Shown: piece after piece, positions 19,622-29,328 of the stretch
Numbering within the stretch: the first letter of the stretch is position 1
Layout of the letters: each line of letters begins with the position of its first letter
Source: an uncultured Gammaproteobacteria bacterium
GTDB taxonomy: Bacteria > Pseudomonadota > Gammaproteobacteria > JAURND01
Direction of reading: 5' to 3'
DNA length: 64,000 nt
NCBI GenBank assembly: GCA_963714975.1
Contig: CAVQQD010000002.1
Span: 640,001 to 704,000 of the forward strand
Notes under the pieces: generated by a model
Databases searched by the model: none
Seen by the model: only the letters and a program-made list of their open reading frames with translations
What the model was told of the DNA's origin: nothing
Program-made: the position numbers and the translations under genes

Positions 19622-20794
19622 ATGAAAATCAAAAAAGCCTATCGTTTTCGCTTAAAACCCAGCCAAGAGATTGAGCAGCAACTGTCCGCTTATGCAGGAC
19701 ATTGTCGATTTGTATGGAATAAATGTTGCCGCATGAATTTGGAACGCTTGCAACGACAGGAGCGTATTCTGCGCTATGCAGAATTTGATTTTTGGGTGAA
19801 GCAATGGAAGCAATCTGCAGAATATGGTTTTTTGAAAGAATGTCCAGCACATATCGTGCAACAAAAATTGCGTGATTTAGATCGAGCATTTTCCGATGCA
19901 TTTGACAAAACGCAGCCAAATAAACGATTACCTCGCTTCAAGAAAAAAGGTCGTCACGATAGTTTTCGATTTCCGGAGCCGAAGCAAATCGAATTAGAAG
20001 GCAACCGTCTGAAATTACCGAAATTAGGTTGGATTCATTTTTACCGAAGCCAGGAGGTCATAGGGGACATACGAAATGTGACGGTATCGCGGCAAGGAAA
20101 ACATTGGTATATCAGTATCCAAGTACAACAAGACATCTCTTCGCAGTCAACAGCAGTCGATAGCGTAGGTATAGACGCAGGCATTGCAAAATTCGCGACC
20201 CTATCCAATGGTGACACTATAGAATCCTTGAATAGTTTTAGGCAGATAGAAAAAAGATTAGGGATAGAACAGCGCAAATTAGCGAAGAAGCAAAAATTTT
20301 CTGGGCGATGGAAGAAGCAAGTGGCTCGAGTAGGGGCACTGCATCAAAAAGCATCGAACATGAGACGAGATTTTTTACACAAGACTACAACCCGCATCAG
20401 CAAAAGCCACGCGGTAGTGGTTGTGGAAGATTTGCAAGTAAAAAATATGAGTCGATCCGCATCGGGAGACTTACAAAATCCCGGGGTGAATGTTGCTGCG
20501 AAGTCTGGATTAAACAAGGCGATATTAGACCAGGGCTGGTATGAATTCAGGCGACAATTGGGATATAAGCTGACGTGGAATGGAGGGATGTTCATTGAAG
20601 TATCACCCCACTATACCAGCCAGCGTTGTTCTCATTGTTTGCATGTTGCCAAGGAAAACCGTCAGACCCAAAGTGAATTTGTGTGTGTATCGTGCGGATA
20701 TGCAGCAAATGCTGATTTGAACGCGGCGAAAAATATTTTAGCAGCAGGGCATGCTGTGATGGCTCGTGGAGCAAGCGCGTTGGGTGCGGCGTAG
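19622..20794 (+). CDS. tnpB: RNA-guided endonuclease TnpB
   Basis: RuvC residues GIDAG, VVVEDL and NADLNAA all present; zinc finger CSHC..CVSC. Confidence 0.95.
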   Translation: MKIKKAYRFRLKPSQEIEQQLSAYAGHCRFVWNKCCRMNLERLQRQERILRYAEFDFWVKQWKQSAEYGFLKECPAHIVQQKLRDLDRAFSDAFDKTQPNKRLPRFKKKGRHDSFRFPEPKQIELEGNRLKLPKLGWIHFYRSQEVIGDIRNVTVSRQGKHWYISIQVQQDISSQSTAVDSVGIDAGIAKFATLSNGDTIESLNSFRQIEKRLGIEQRKLAKKQKFSGRWKKQVARVGALHQKASNMRRDFLHKTTTRISKSHAVVVVEDLQVKNMSRSASGDLQNPGVNVAAKSGLNKAILDQGWYEFRRQLGYKLTWNGGMFIEVSPHYTSQRCSHCLHVAKENRQTQSEFVCVSCGYAANADLNAAKNILAAGHAVMARGASALGAA

Positions 20795-20867
20795 AAACGA
20801 GAACCTCATACTCGTGGCACAGCCACATGTATGGAATCTCCGGCATTTATGCCGGAGAGGATGTCAA

Positions 20868-21003
20868 AAACGCTACCCCCTAAATTAGCCTCGTATAAAC
20901 CATGATGCATTTCTTGTATGGCTTTTACCAACACCTTATCTTTTATCTTCTCTTGCAATGCCCACTTATGAAACTCTTTATTTTTCAAAATATACATTGG
21001 CAT
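20868..21003 (-). pseudogene. RelE/ParE-family toxin N-terminal remnant cut by IS605
   Basis: YILKNKEFHKWA..KAIQEMHHGLYEANLGGSV resembles RelE-like toxins; remainder and antitoxin absent. Confidence 0.7.
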
Positions 21004-21207
21004 TTCTCTCTATAAGTATACCACCTTGTGCCATAGGGTTGAATATAATTTAAAATTTACTGAACTTTAAATGCATTATCTACATGGAAATTCTCAGGTT
21101 CAATACCGTATTGCACGATATGAAACATCCACTCTCCCGCTTGTACGGTATGGTTCAGGGGTTAGGAATTTGTTACTTTAGGCATGTAAGGAGCAAAAAT
21201 AAGCTTA

Positions 21208-21681
21208 TTGCTGGTATTATCCAAACCGATTTTCTATGAATTTGCCGGCCAAATTTTTCCACCGAGTCGTTATTTACATCGTGAATGGGACATAGACATT
21301 GCATTGCAGGCAAGATTATTCACAAGGCTTTGTGCTGATTACCGCACTATTATATTTAATGGTAATAACGCTATTAGTCATGAGCGCTTTTGGCAGCAGT
21401 ATCCTCCAAGGCCAAATGACACAGCATATGAACGATGAATTGCAAGCCTTGAACGAGCTCAGGCAGCATTGTTAATGGCAGAGCAATCAATTCAAGGTAC
21501 TGAACTGGTAGGGTAGGGGAGTGACCATGGGGCAAATTATTCTTTTAAGCGATTGGTGGAAATTAAAGGTGGTATTTATTATCAAGTAAGTGCTACAGGT
21601 ACTTTTGCTGCGGCTCAAAGCCAGTTGCAAAGCATTTGGCTGATGCCGGATAAAAAAAGAGTGTGGTGGTCGGAGGGCTAA
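21208..21681 (+). pseudogene. Duplicated pilW 3' end plus frameshifted pilX-like copy
   Basis: Aligns by eye with 18960-19075 and 23090-23600; frameshift near 21450 and in-frame TAG near 21514. Confidence 0.85.
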
Positions 21682-21717
21682 GGAGCTTAATCGTTCGCTT
21701 CTCTCTTCGAGACTTTT

Positions 21718-22950
21718 TTAATACAAAAACCCAAACAGCCACAGAGGAATGCGTTTTTGAAAACCGTGCTCAATATTATCAACAGCTAAGTAGGCATTTT
21801 CCAGCTCTTTCACTTGTGATAGGTCTTTATTTTTTCCTCCTACTTCAATCTGAATTTCGTTATCAATACAGAAATCTGTTCGTGGATGGCCAGTGATTTT
21901 GTGTTGGGGGCTCAGCATACTTAGGAAAAATGTCTCACGTACATTGCCAATATTTGGCTGCGTTTCTAGGGTATAGAGTAGATTGGGGTTACTAAGCAGA
22001 ATTTTATCCGTCATTTCCAGGTGTTTAAGTCGCTGATTACCGGCAGGTAAGCAACGCACAATACTGGCATCTTCTAGATATTTAAAATAAGTTTTGATGG
22101 TGCGATCATCCTGAATGTCAGTTAGGTTTTTAATTTTTTGCCAATTGGGGGTAAAGGGTACTTCTTGAGCAATATAGGCCAGTAATTGTTTAATTTTTTT
22201 AATGCTATTACCGGTGAGATGAGGATAAATCGCCGCTAAATCCGCTTCAATTGTAGTATGTAAATTTTGTTCCAAGGTAATTTTAAATTCGTTTAGATCT
22301 TTAAATTCTCGGAAATAAGGATAATAGCCATGCTGGCGATATTGTTGAAAGAGTTTGAGAATTTTGAGTTCTTTGGAAGCAAGCAATTCAATAATTTCAA
22401 AAGCATGTTGCGTGTGTTGCTGCAGAATGTCGGTGAGAGTAAAGCTGGGTAAGGACAGATCATGACTTAATTCGATAAATTCTCGGAACGAGAGGCCAAC
22501 CATCCGATAAGTCACAGCTCGGCGGCTTAGGTCATGGCTGCCTTGATGAATTTCTAATGCAGAACTGCCTGAAGCGATAATGCGTAATTGTGGAAAAGTA
22601 TCACAAATGCTTTTTAGCTCCATGGACCAATTAGGATATTTGTGCAGCTCATCAAAGGCGATGAATTGTCCTCCTAGTTGGACAAAGGTTTCGGCGATCT
22701 CGTATAAACTGAGATTTTGCACTACGAAATGGTCAGCCTGGATATATAGTATTTCATCGCTGTAGCGATTTTGGTGGGCATAATCGAGTAAATATTGAAT
22801 AATGGTCGTGGTTTTACCAATTCCCCGCTCTCCTAGGATAATGGCGAAGTGATGTTTTAAAAGAGTGGTCCGAATAAAATAACGGCGATATTGCGCAAAT
22901 TTATGTGTAATGAAAGTTTGACTGAGTTCAAATAAGGCTTGGATATTCAT
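21718..22950 (-). CDS. AAA+ ATPase (AAA_14/DUF4143-type)
   Basis: Walker A GERGIGKTT, Walker B FDELHKYPNW, ASGSS, ETFFLSML, IPLWLFGFLY. Confidence 0.85.
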   Translation of the reverse strand: MNIQALFELSQTFITHKFAQYRRYFIRTTLLKHHFAIILGERGIGKTTTIIQYLLDYAHQNRYSDEILYIQADHFVVQNLSLYEIAETFVQLGGQFIAFDELHKYPNWSMELKSICDTFPQLRIIASGSSALEIHQGSHDLSRRAVTYRMVGLSFREFIELSHDLSLPSFTLTDILQQHTQHAFEIIELLASKELKILKLFQQYRQHGYYPYFREFKDLNEFKITLEQNLHTTIEADLAAIYPHLTGNSIKKIKQLLAYIAQEVPFTPNWQKIKNLTDIQDDRTIKTYFKYLEDASIVRCLPAGNQRLKHLEMTDKILLSNPNLLYTLETQPNIGNVRETFFLSMLSPQHKITGHPRTDFCIDNEIQIEVGGKNKDLSQVKELENAYLAVDNIEHGFQKRIPLWLFGFLY

Positions 22951-23125
22951 AGATTCGGGTATCCTGTAGAGCGTTTCAAATATAGCTCACGAATATATGG
23001 AATGCAAACCATTTCTAATCCGCTTTAAAGGCTTAGCTCTACTGTATGTTTCAGAGTGTGGGAATTTGTTACATTAGTCTATATAAAAACTGATTTACTT
23101 TGAATTTGCCGGCCAAATTTTTCCA

Positions 23126-23180
23126 GGTCTGTAGGGGACAAAAATAATTCCTCCTTTTTCTCCCCCTATAGAGTTTTTTC
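23126..23180. repeat. Roughly 55-bp MITE-like insertion in the third pilW 3' copy
   Basis: Absent from the other two copies; CTGTAGGGGACAAAAATAA matches the ends of the 24429-24585 element. Confidence 0.65.
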
Positions 23181-23218
23181 AGCGAGTCGTTATTTACAGC
23201 GTGAATAGGATATAAACA

Positions 23219-23602
23219 TTGCATTGCAGTAAGAATAATTCAGAAGGTTTTGTGCTGATTACCGCATTATTATATTTAATGGTAATAACCCTACTGGTAA
23301 TGAGCGCTTTTGGCAGCAGTATCCTACAAGGTCAAATGACACAGCACATGTATGATGAGTTGCAAGCATTAGAGCGAGCTCAGGCAGCATTATTAACAGC
23401 AGAGCAATCAATTCAAGGCACAGAACTGATGGGAGAGGGGAGTGATCATGGGGTAAATTTTTCTTTTAAACGGCTGACGGAAAATAAAGGCGGTATTTAT
23501 TATCAAGTAAATGCCACAAGTACTTTTGCTGCGGCTAAAAGCCAACTGCAAAGCATTTGGCTGATGCCGGATAAAAAAAGAGTGTGGTGGTCGGCGATTT
23601 GA
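23219..23602 (+). CDS. PilX-like N-terminal-domain minor pilin (intact copy)
   Basis: EG/FVLITALLYLMVITLLVMS..ALERAQAALLTAE; follows a pilW 3' copy. Confidence 0.7.
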   Translation: MHCSKNNSEGFVLITALLYLMVITLLVMSAFGSSILQGQMTQHMYDELQALERAQAALLTAEQSIQGTELMGEGSDHGVNFSFKRLTENKGGIYYQVNATSTFAAAKSQLQSIWLMPDKKRVWWSAI

Positions 23603-23638
23603 CATCCTCACCTTCCTAAGGGAAGGTGAGGATGTCAA
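23599..23638. repeat. Perfect 40-bp palindrome made of two IS605-type right ends
   Basis: TTGACATCCTCACCTTCC-TAAG-GGAAGGTGAGGATGTCAA, with 18-bp arms. Confidence 0.85.
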
Positions 23639-23826
23639 CCATGTATTTAGCTAAATTTAATCTGACTTTGAGAGCATTTCATCTCTTCTAATTTTTGCTG
23701 CTGCAATGTCGAACTTTGATTGAGGCAACAACGCCATTTTATATTAAAAATTGGTAGACTTCGGCATTGAATTAGGTTATTTTTCTGTAAGTAAGAAACA
23801 TCTACCCCAATCATGAGGAATTGACT

Positions 23827-24436
23827 ATGAGTACTGAACAGAAGTATAGCCAAGTTAGTAGTTTGGAGCGCAATTTGGGTGATTATCTCAATGATTTTAA
23901 GCAAAAAGCACATAAATTACCCACTCATAGATTCGCAGTGGGTTACGAACAAAACCTTGAGGATGCTCGAAAAAGGCATAAAGATTCTCTACAAGTGCTG
24001 AAAGATATTAAAGCTTATGTGGATAAGAACCAAGCATTGAATCCGGAATTACAGCAATTAGTTCCACAAGTATTAGAAGCAGTAAAACAAGATGCGAAGG
24101 AATGGTATAAAATAAGCACGAGCTCTCATAACCAGGAAGAGTACTTCTATCCCAATGGTAGGGACGATAGTAGGCTACCAAGCTTCATGGTAACTGCCCT
24201 CGTTTCAATAGGTGGAGGTGTTGCTAGCAGATCAAATATTTGAAACCGATGGTCTTGCTGTGGGTATCGGAGCTGGGGCGTGGGTCGTGCTTTTTTTGCT
24301 TGCTGTTACGGTACAAAACCGAATTTATGCTACTAATGATAAGAATGAGGTGCTGGATCAGGTTGAAGAGATTGGGGCTAAGATAAAATCAACAGATGAT
24401 GTGTCCTTAAGAGTTGTAGTGGTTGACCCTGTATGA
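23827..24436 (+). pseudogene. Paralog 4 of the two-TM orphan family, frameshifted near 24226
   Basis: MSTE start as at 16438; the two ORFs join to GGGVA-ADQIFETDGLAVGIGAGAWVVLFLLAV..KNEVLDQVEEI, matching the family layout. Confidence 0.7.
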
Positions 24437-24585
24437 GCCCAAAATAATTCCCCCTTTGAAAAAGGGGGATTAAGGGGGATTTAAAAAGATAAGGATACTA
24501 ACGTTATTTTCGTAGTACACAATCTCTTTAAATCCCTCCTAACCTCCCTTTTCCAAAGTGAGGGATTTATTTTTGTCTCCTACAG
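24429..24585. repeat. MITE-like element with imperfect terminal inverted repeats and internal CCCCCTTTGAAAAAGGGGG hairpins
   Basis: CTGTATGAGCCCAAAATAA ... TTATTTTTGTCTCCTACAG. Confidence 0.7.
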
Positions 24586-24611
24586 AGAGTTGTTAATGCA
24601 TAGTTTCTCTT

Positions 24612-24644
24612 GTTAATATTCCATTAATCTGGGTTTGTTACAAT
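24612..24644 (+). promoter_or_regulatory. PmrA-like box with -10 element
   Basis: gTTAATATT-cc-aTTAATctg-N7-TACAAT; same geometry as 45347-45379. Confidence 0.6.
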
Positions 24645-24675
24645 ATAGACAATGAAAAAGTTGAGGAGGTGAGTT

Positions 24676-25032
24676 ATGGCACAAGAGAGACTAGGGGCAC
24701 AAGCGATGCCGAGCTGGGCTGCGCGAGGGATTGATGCACGGTTAGGGGATACTTCCTTGATGGATTATGGGCTTACTACTGATGGTAGAAATACGGAGTT
24801 ATATTTGGGTGAGGCGCGTAAACGTAATCACATTGGGGCTCGTGATGGTGAAGAATACAATGGTGTTGCAGATAATGCATGGCAGAAAGGTAATGCCAGG
24901 CGTAATCGTAATGACGGGCTGACTGAGGAGAGATTAGATCAAAACGTAGATTTAACTAATGCGAAGTTGAATCAGCAGCAAGCAAGCGTTGATGAGAAAA
25001 CTGAGGACAATACTCCTAGTTTTGGGATGTGA
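24676..25032 (+). CDS. Hydrophilic hypothetical protein, candidate PmrA-regulated secretion substrate
   Basis: Strong RBS GAGGAGGT; acidic C-terminal patch DEKTED. Confidence 0.7.
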   Translation: MAQERLGAQAMPSWAARGIDARLGDTSLMDYGLTTDGRNTELYLGEARKRNHIGARDGEEYNGVADNAWQKGNARRNRNDGLTEERLDQNVDLTNAKLNQQQASVDEKTEDNTPSFGM

Positions 25033-25093
25033 TTAATACCCCCTCCTCCCACAAGGGGGGAAGGAATAATGCCGAGGGTTTATTATGGGGGTT

Positions 25094-28000
25094 CTACTTC
25101 GAGCGATCCTTAGCAAAATAGGTATACATGGTTGGGACGACAAATAAAGTGAAGGCCGTTCCAATTAACATTCCGGTCGCAATCACCAAACCAATATTGT
25201 AGCGGCTAACCGCACCCGCTCCGGTGGCAATAAGCAGCGGTACCACGCCTAGAATCATCGAAGCAGTCGTCATCAAAATAGGTCGTAAGCGAATTGAGGC
25301 GGCTTTCTCAATCGCTTCACGGACGCTTAATTTCTCTGCGACCTGCAATTTATTGGCAAAGTCCACCATTAAAATGCCGTGCTTACTAATCAGTCCAATC
25401 AGGGTAATTAAACCCACTTGGGTGTAAATATTAATCGTGGCTAGCCCTAAGTTTAATGGGATTAAGGCTCCACAAATCGACATCGGAACGCTAATTAAAA
25501 TAATAAAGGGATCACGGAAGCTTTCAAATTGTGCTGCCAGCACCAGAAAAATAATGATAATGGCAAAAAAGAAGGTATAAATTAAAGCACTGCCTTCTTC
25601 AATGAATTGTCGCGATTGCCCGGCAAAATCATAGCCCATGCCTTTGGGGAGTATTTTATCTGCTTGCTTTTTAAGAAAATCCAAAGCATCGCCAATAGTT
25701 TTACCAGGAACCAAAATACCTTGCAAAGTGGCGGCGTTTAATTGTTGAAATTCGGCTAAATTATTGGGTTTGGCTGCCTCGGTAATACTCACCATGGTAG
25801 ACAAGGGCACCATAGTGCCATTGGCCGCCTTGACGTAAATATTGGCTATTTGCTGCGGGTTTAACCGCAATTCTCGTAAAACTTGCGGAATCACTTCGTA
25901 ACTCCGTCCTTCCATGCTAAACAAATTAATATAATTACCTCCTAAGGAAATGGCGAGGGCATTACCGATATCCTGCATACTGATGCCAAGTTGTCCGGCT
26001 TTATTGCGATCAATATGCACCACTAATTCTGGCTTATTAAACTTTAACGAGTTATCAATAAAGATAAATAAACCACTTTTTCGAGCCGCTTCTTCAATTT
26101 GTTGAGAAATTTGATAAATTAATTCAAAACTGCTGGTGGAATTGATGACAAATTGAATGGGAAGCGGTGTTCCTCCAACGGGTAAGGAAGGCAGGGGAAA
26201 GATTGCGGTTTTTAATCCAGCAACATCCCGAACTTTTTCTTGGATGATCGGGTTCAATTGCTGCTGCGAGCGACTTCGTTCATTCCAAGGTTTGAGGATA
26301 ATTCCCGAAAAAGCACTGGTCGGGTCATTGTTCATCCCATTGACCGCAAAATAGGCTTCAGTTTCTGGGAAACTTTTAAAGATTTTGTCAAATTCAGCAG
26401 TATAGGCGGTGAGATAATCAATATTAGCGTATTGGGGTGCGGTAGATTGCGCAAATAAGACGCTTTGATCTTCATCTGGGGCTAATTGTGATTGAGTAGT
26501 GCTATATAAGAAATAACAGCTAATTATTACTAGAATGGCAAATACCGCGACGACAGGCCGATAATTAAGCACGGCGTGGAGGCGCCGGCGGTAGGTTTCT
26601 TTGAGTTCTTCAAATTTGGTGTCTAGATAATGAACCATGCGTCCTTGACTAAGGTTGGCATTAAGCACTTTTGAGCACATCATCGGGGACAGGGTCAGGG
26701 CAATAATCCCAGAAATAATCACCGAACTTGCCAGAGTAAAAGCAAATTCCTTAAATAGGGCGCCGGTTAAACCGGTCATAAACCCAATGGGGGCATAAAC
26801 TGCAGCGAGAGTAATTGTCATCGCAATGACGGGAGTGGCAATTTCTCGGGCGCCTTTGATAGCGGCATCAACAGGTGACAAACCTTCTTCAATATGACGA
26901 TAAATATTTTCTACCACGACAATCGCATCATCCACCACTAAACCAATGGCCAATACCATCGCCAGCAAAGTCAGTAGGTTTAATGAATAACCTAGGGCTA
27001 ACATAAAAGTACAAACGCCAACTAAGGAGAGCGGGATCGTGATGATCGGGATGGTGACTGAGCGTAGTGATCCTAAGAAGAGGAAAATCACTAAGATAAC
27101 AATAACAGTTGCTTCGACAATAGTCTTGATTACTTCTTCAAGAGAAGCGCTAATATAACGGGTGGAATCATAGGCTATTTTCAGACCTAGGGAGGGAGGA
27201 AAATTCTTTTCCAGATCGGGTAGTAATTTTCGTACGTCCTCAATGACAATGAGTGGATTGGCGGCGGGGGTAGCATTAATACCGACAAAAATAGCTTTTT
27301 GCCCATTAAAGGTCACCAAAGATTCATAGGTTTCTGAGCCTAGTTCTACATTGGCAATATCTTGTAAGCGAATTAAAACACTATTTTGTTGTTTGACTAC
27401 CATATTCCGAAAAGTATCCACATCATGAATACCAGTTTCGGCGCTGATATTAAATGCGACATATTCCCCCTTGGTTTTTCCTGGCGCGGATTGAAAATTG
27501 TTTTTCTTCAGGGCATCGGTAATATCATTCGGCGTGACTCGCAGCGCCGCCATGCGTTGCGGATCAAGCCAGATGCGCATGGCAAATTTGCTGCCACCAA
27601 AAATGTCAGCACTAGCGACACCGGATATCGTTTGCAGCCGTGGTTGAATGACGCGTGTGATGTAGTCAGTGATTTGTTCTGGGGTCATTTCGCTACTAAA
27701 AAAGCTCAAATACATCAGCGCTACAGTAGCACCCGTACTTTTTTCAATGGTAGGCTGTTTGGCTTCGGAAGGTAATTGTCCCTGGACTTCAGCTACCTTA
27801 CTCATGATGTCGGTAAAGGCGGTATCAGGGCTGTAATTGAGCTTGATATAAGCTTGGATTGTGCTGACCCCCTGGGAGCTTGAGGCAGTGAGGTAATCAA
27901 TGCCATCGGCGCTGGCAATGGATTTTTCTAAGATGGAAGTGATAAAACCTTGGATAACGTCAGGACTTGCTCCTGGATAAGCAGTCGTTACGGTAATGAC

Positions 28001-28129
28001 AGTATTTTCCATTTCTGGATATTGCCGTAACTGTAAATCATTTATGGAGCGCAGTCCGACAATAAAAATCAGTAAACTCACCACAGTGGCTAGAACGGGA
28101 CGCTTGATGAAAATGTCAGTAAATTGCAT
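25094..28129 (-). CDS. RND efflux permease (MexI/MexW-like AcrB family)
   Basis: FIKRPVLA, AIGLVVDDAIVVVENI, RLRPILMT. Confidence 0.95.
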   Translation of the reverse strand: MQFTDIFIKRPVLATVVSLLIFIVGLRSINDLQLRQYPEMENTVITVTTAYPGASPDVIQGFITSILEKSIASADGIDYLTASSSQGVSTIQAYIKLNYSPDTAFTDIMSKVAEVQGQLPSEAKQPTIEKSTGATVALMYLSFFSSEMTPEQITDYITRVIQPRLQTISGVASADIFGGSKFAMRIWLDPQRMAALRVTPNDITDALKKNNFQSAPGKTKGEYVAFNISAETGIHDVDTFRNMVVKQQNSVLIRLQDIANVELGSETYESLVTFNGQKAIFVGINATPAANPLIVIEDVRKLLPDLEKNFPPSLGLKIAYDSTRYISASLEEVIKTIVEATVIVILVIFLFLGSLRSVTIPIITIPLSLVGVCTFMLALGYSLNLLTLLAMVLAIGLVVDDAIVVVENIYRHIEEGLSPVDAAIKGAREIATPVIAMTITLAAVYAPIGFMTGLTGALFKEFAFTLASSVIISGIIALTLSPMMCSKVLNANLSQGRMVHYLDTKFEELKETYRRRLHAVLNYRPVVAVFAILVIISCYFLYSTTQSQLAPDEDQSVLFAQSTAPQYANIDYLTAYTAEFDKIFKSFPETEAYFAVNGMNNDPTSAFSGIILKPWNERSRSQQQLNPIIQEKVRDVAGLKTAIFPLPSLPVGGTPLPIQFVINSTSSFELIYQISQQIEEAARKSGLFIFIDNSLKFNKPELVVHIDRNKAGQLGISMQDIGNALAISLGGNYINLFSMEGRSYEVIPQVLRELRLNPQQIANIYVKAANGTMVPLSTMVSITEAAKPNNLAEFQQLNAATLQGILVPGKTIGDALDFLKKQADKILPKGMGYDFAGQSRQFIEEGSALIYTFFFAIIIIFLVLAAQFESFRDPFIILISVPMSICGALIPLNLGLATINIYTQVGLITLIGLISKHGILMVDFANKLQVAEKLSVREAIEKAASIRLRPILMTTASMILGVVPLLIATGAGAVSRYNIGLVIATGMLIGTAFTLFVVPTMYTYFAKDRSK

Positions 28130-28170
28130 ACGCAGCCTAGTCTATAAATAAATCATGGGCGCAGTTTAAC

Positions 28171-29325
28171 CTATTTTAATTGCCCTGGCGCTAGTTCAGG
28201 TAATTTAACGTTATTGTTAATCTTTACTTCTGTCCCGTTATCTAATTTGAGCTGTCCTGAGTTGACGACTTGTTCGCCTGGTTTTAGGCCTTCTAAAATC
28301 GCAATTTCATTGCCACGACGATCACCAATGGTGACATATTGTTGTCGTACCTTATAAATAGGGTGGTCATTTTCATCTTTGTCTTTTTGCTCAACCACAT
28401 ACACGGTACTACCATAAAGGCTTATGGAAACAGCAGTTTGTGGTACTGTCACGACTTTGTATTGTGTAGGCAGCAATACTTGCACGTTGGCAAACATCCC
28501 TGGGTACAATTTGAAATTATCATTGGGTACAGTAGCTTCAATTAAAATATTTCGGGTGATGGGGTCGACTTGGGCATCAATAGCGGTAATTTTGCCCTGG
28601 AATTTTTCACTAGGATAATTGGAGACTTCCATGGCTATGGGTTGGCCGTAGCTGAGCAGTTTGAAATTTTGCTCAGGTAAAGAAAACTGTACGTGCAAGG
28701 GATTGAGTGATTGTAAGTTGACTAAAGCGGTTCCAGGCGAGACATATTGGCCGAGATTAACCTCACGAATACCGATTTTGCCGGCGAAAGGGGCAGTAAT
28801 AAGCTTTTCGCTAATTAATATTTTCGTTTTATTGACCCCGGCTTGGGCTTGTTGCAATTCCGCATTGGCAGAATCTACGCTGGCCTGTGAAGTCGATTTG
28901 GTTTTAAGGAGTTGTAGTTGGCGATCGTAATTCATCTGCGCCAGGGTTAATTGAGAATTAAAATTGACTAAATCTTGCTGATCGACGCGATCATCAAGCT
29001 GCACAAGTTTTTCTCCGGCTTTTACAACTTGACCTGATTGAAAGAAAATTTCTGTGACCATCCCAGGAACCTCTGGGCTCACTTGCACCCCATTGATAGC
29101 CACTAAAGAACCAATAGCATTGATGGTCGGGACCCAGTTTTCTTGTTTGGCAGTAGTGGTGGAAATAGTCACTGCACCGAGACTAAAGTGCGCAAAAAAA
29201 CGGTTCATGAAAAATTTTCGGAGTCCGTTAATTAAAAATATACTGCCAAATAATACAATGACAATGATCAACATGGTGATCATGCGTTTACGGAGCAGGC
29301 TTTTTTCAGGAGGCTGTTCAGTCAT
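28171..29325 (-). CDS. RND periplasmic adaptor (membrane fusion protein)
   Basis: N-terminal TM helix, ITAPFAGKIGI, LYPGMFA. Confidence 0.93.
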   Translation of the reverse strand: MTEQPPEKSLLRKRMITMLIIVIVLFGSIFLINGLRKFFMNRFFAHFSLGAVTISTTTAKQENWVPTINAIGSLVAINGVQVSPEVPGMVTEIFFQSGQVVKAGEKLVQLDDRVDQQDLVNFNSQLTLAQMNYDRQLQLLKTKSTSQASVDSANAELQQAQAGVNKTKILISEKLITAPFAGKIGIREVNLGQYVSPGTALVNLQSLNPLHVQFSLPEQNFKLLSYGQPIAMEVSNYPSEKFQGKITAIDAQVDPITRNILIEATVPNDNFKLYPGMFANVQVLLPTQYKVVTVPQTAVSISLYGSTVYVVEQKDKDENDHPIYKVRQQYVTIGDRRGNEIAILEGLKPGEQVVNSGQLKLDNGTEVKINNNVKLPELAPGQLK

Positions 29326-29328
29326 AGG

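Larger units (their letters stand above)
19110..20867 (+). mobile_element. Apparently complete IS605-family element (divergent tnpA and tnpB) inserted 3' of TTAT
   Basis: TTAT at 19106-19109; left-end hairpin CCCCGTCATTCATGACGAGG; right-end hairpin CTCCGGCATTTATGCCGGAG followed by AGGATGTCAA ending at 20867. Confidence 0.92.

Noticed and set aside
13000-25050. Integron cassette array
   Set aside because: No intI gene and no recurring attC pattern; genes have their own promoters and mixed orientations
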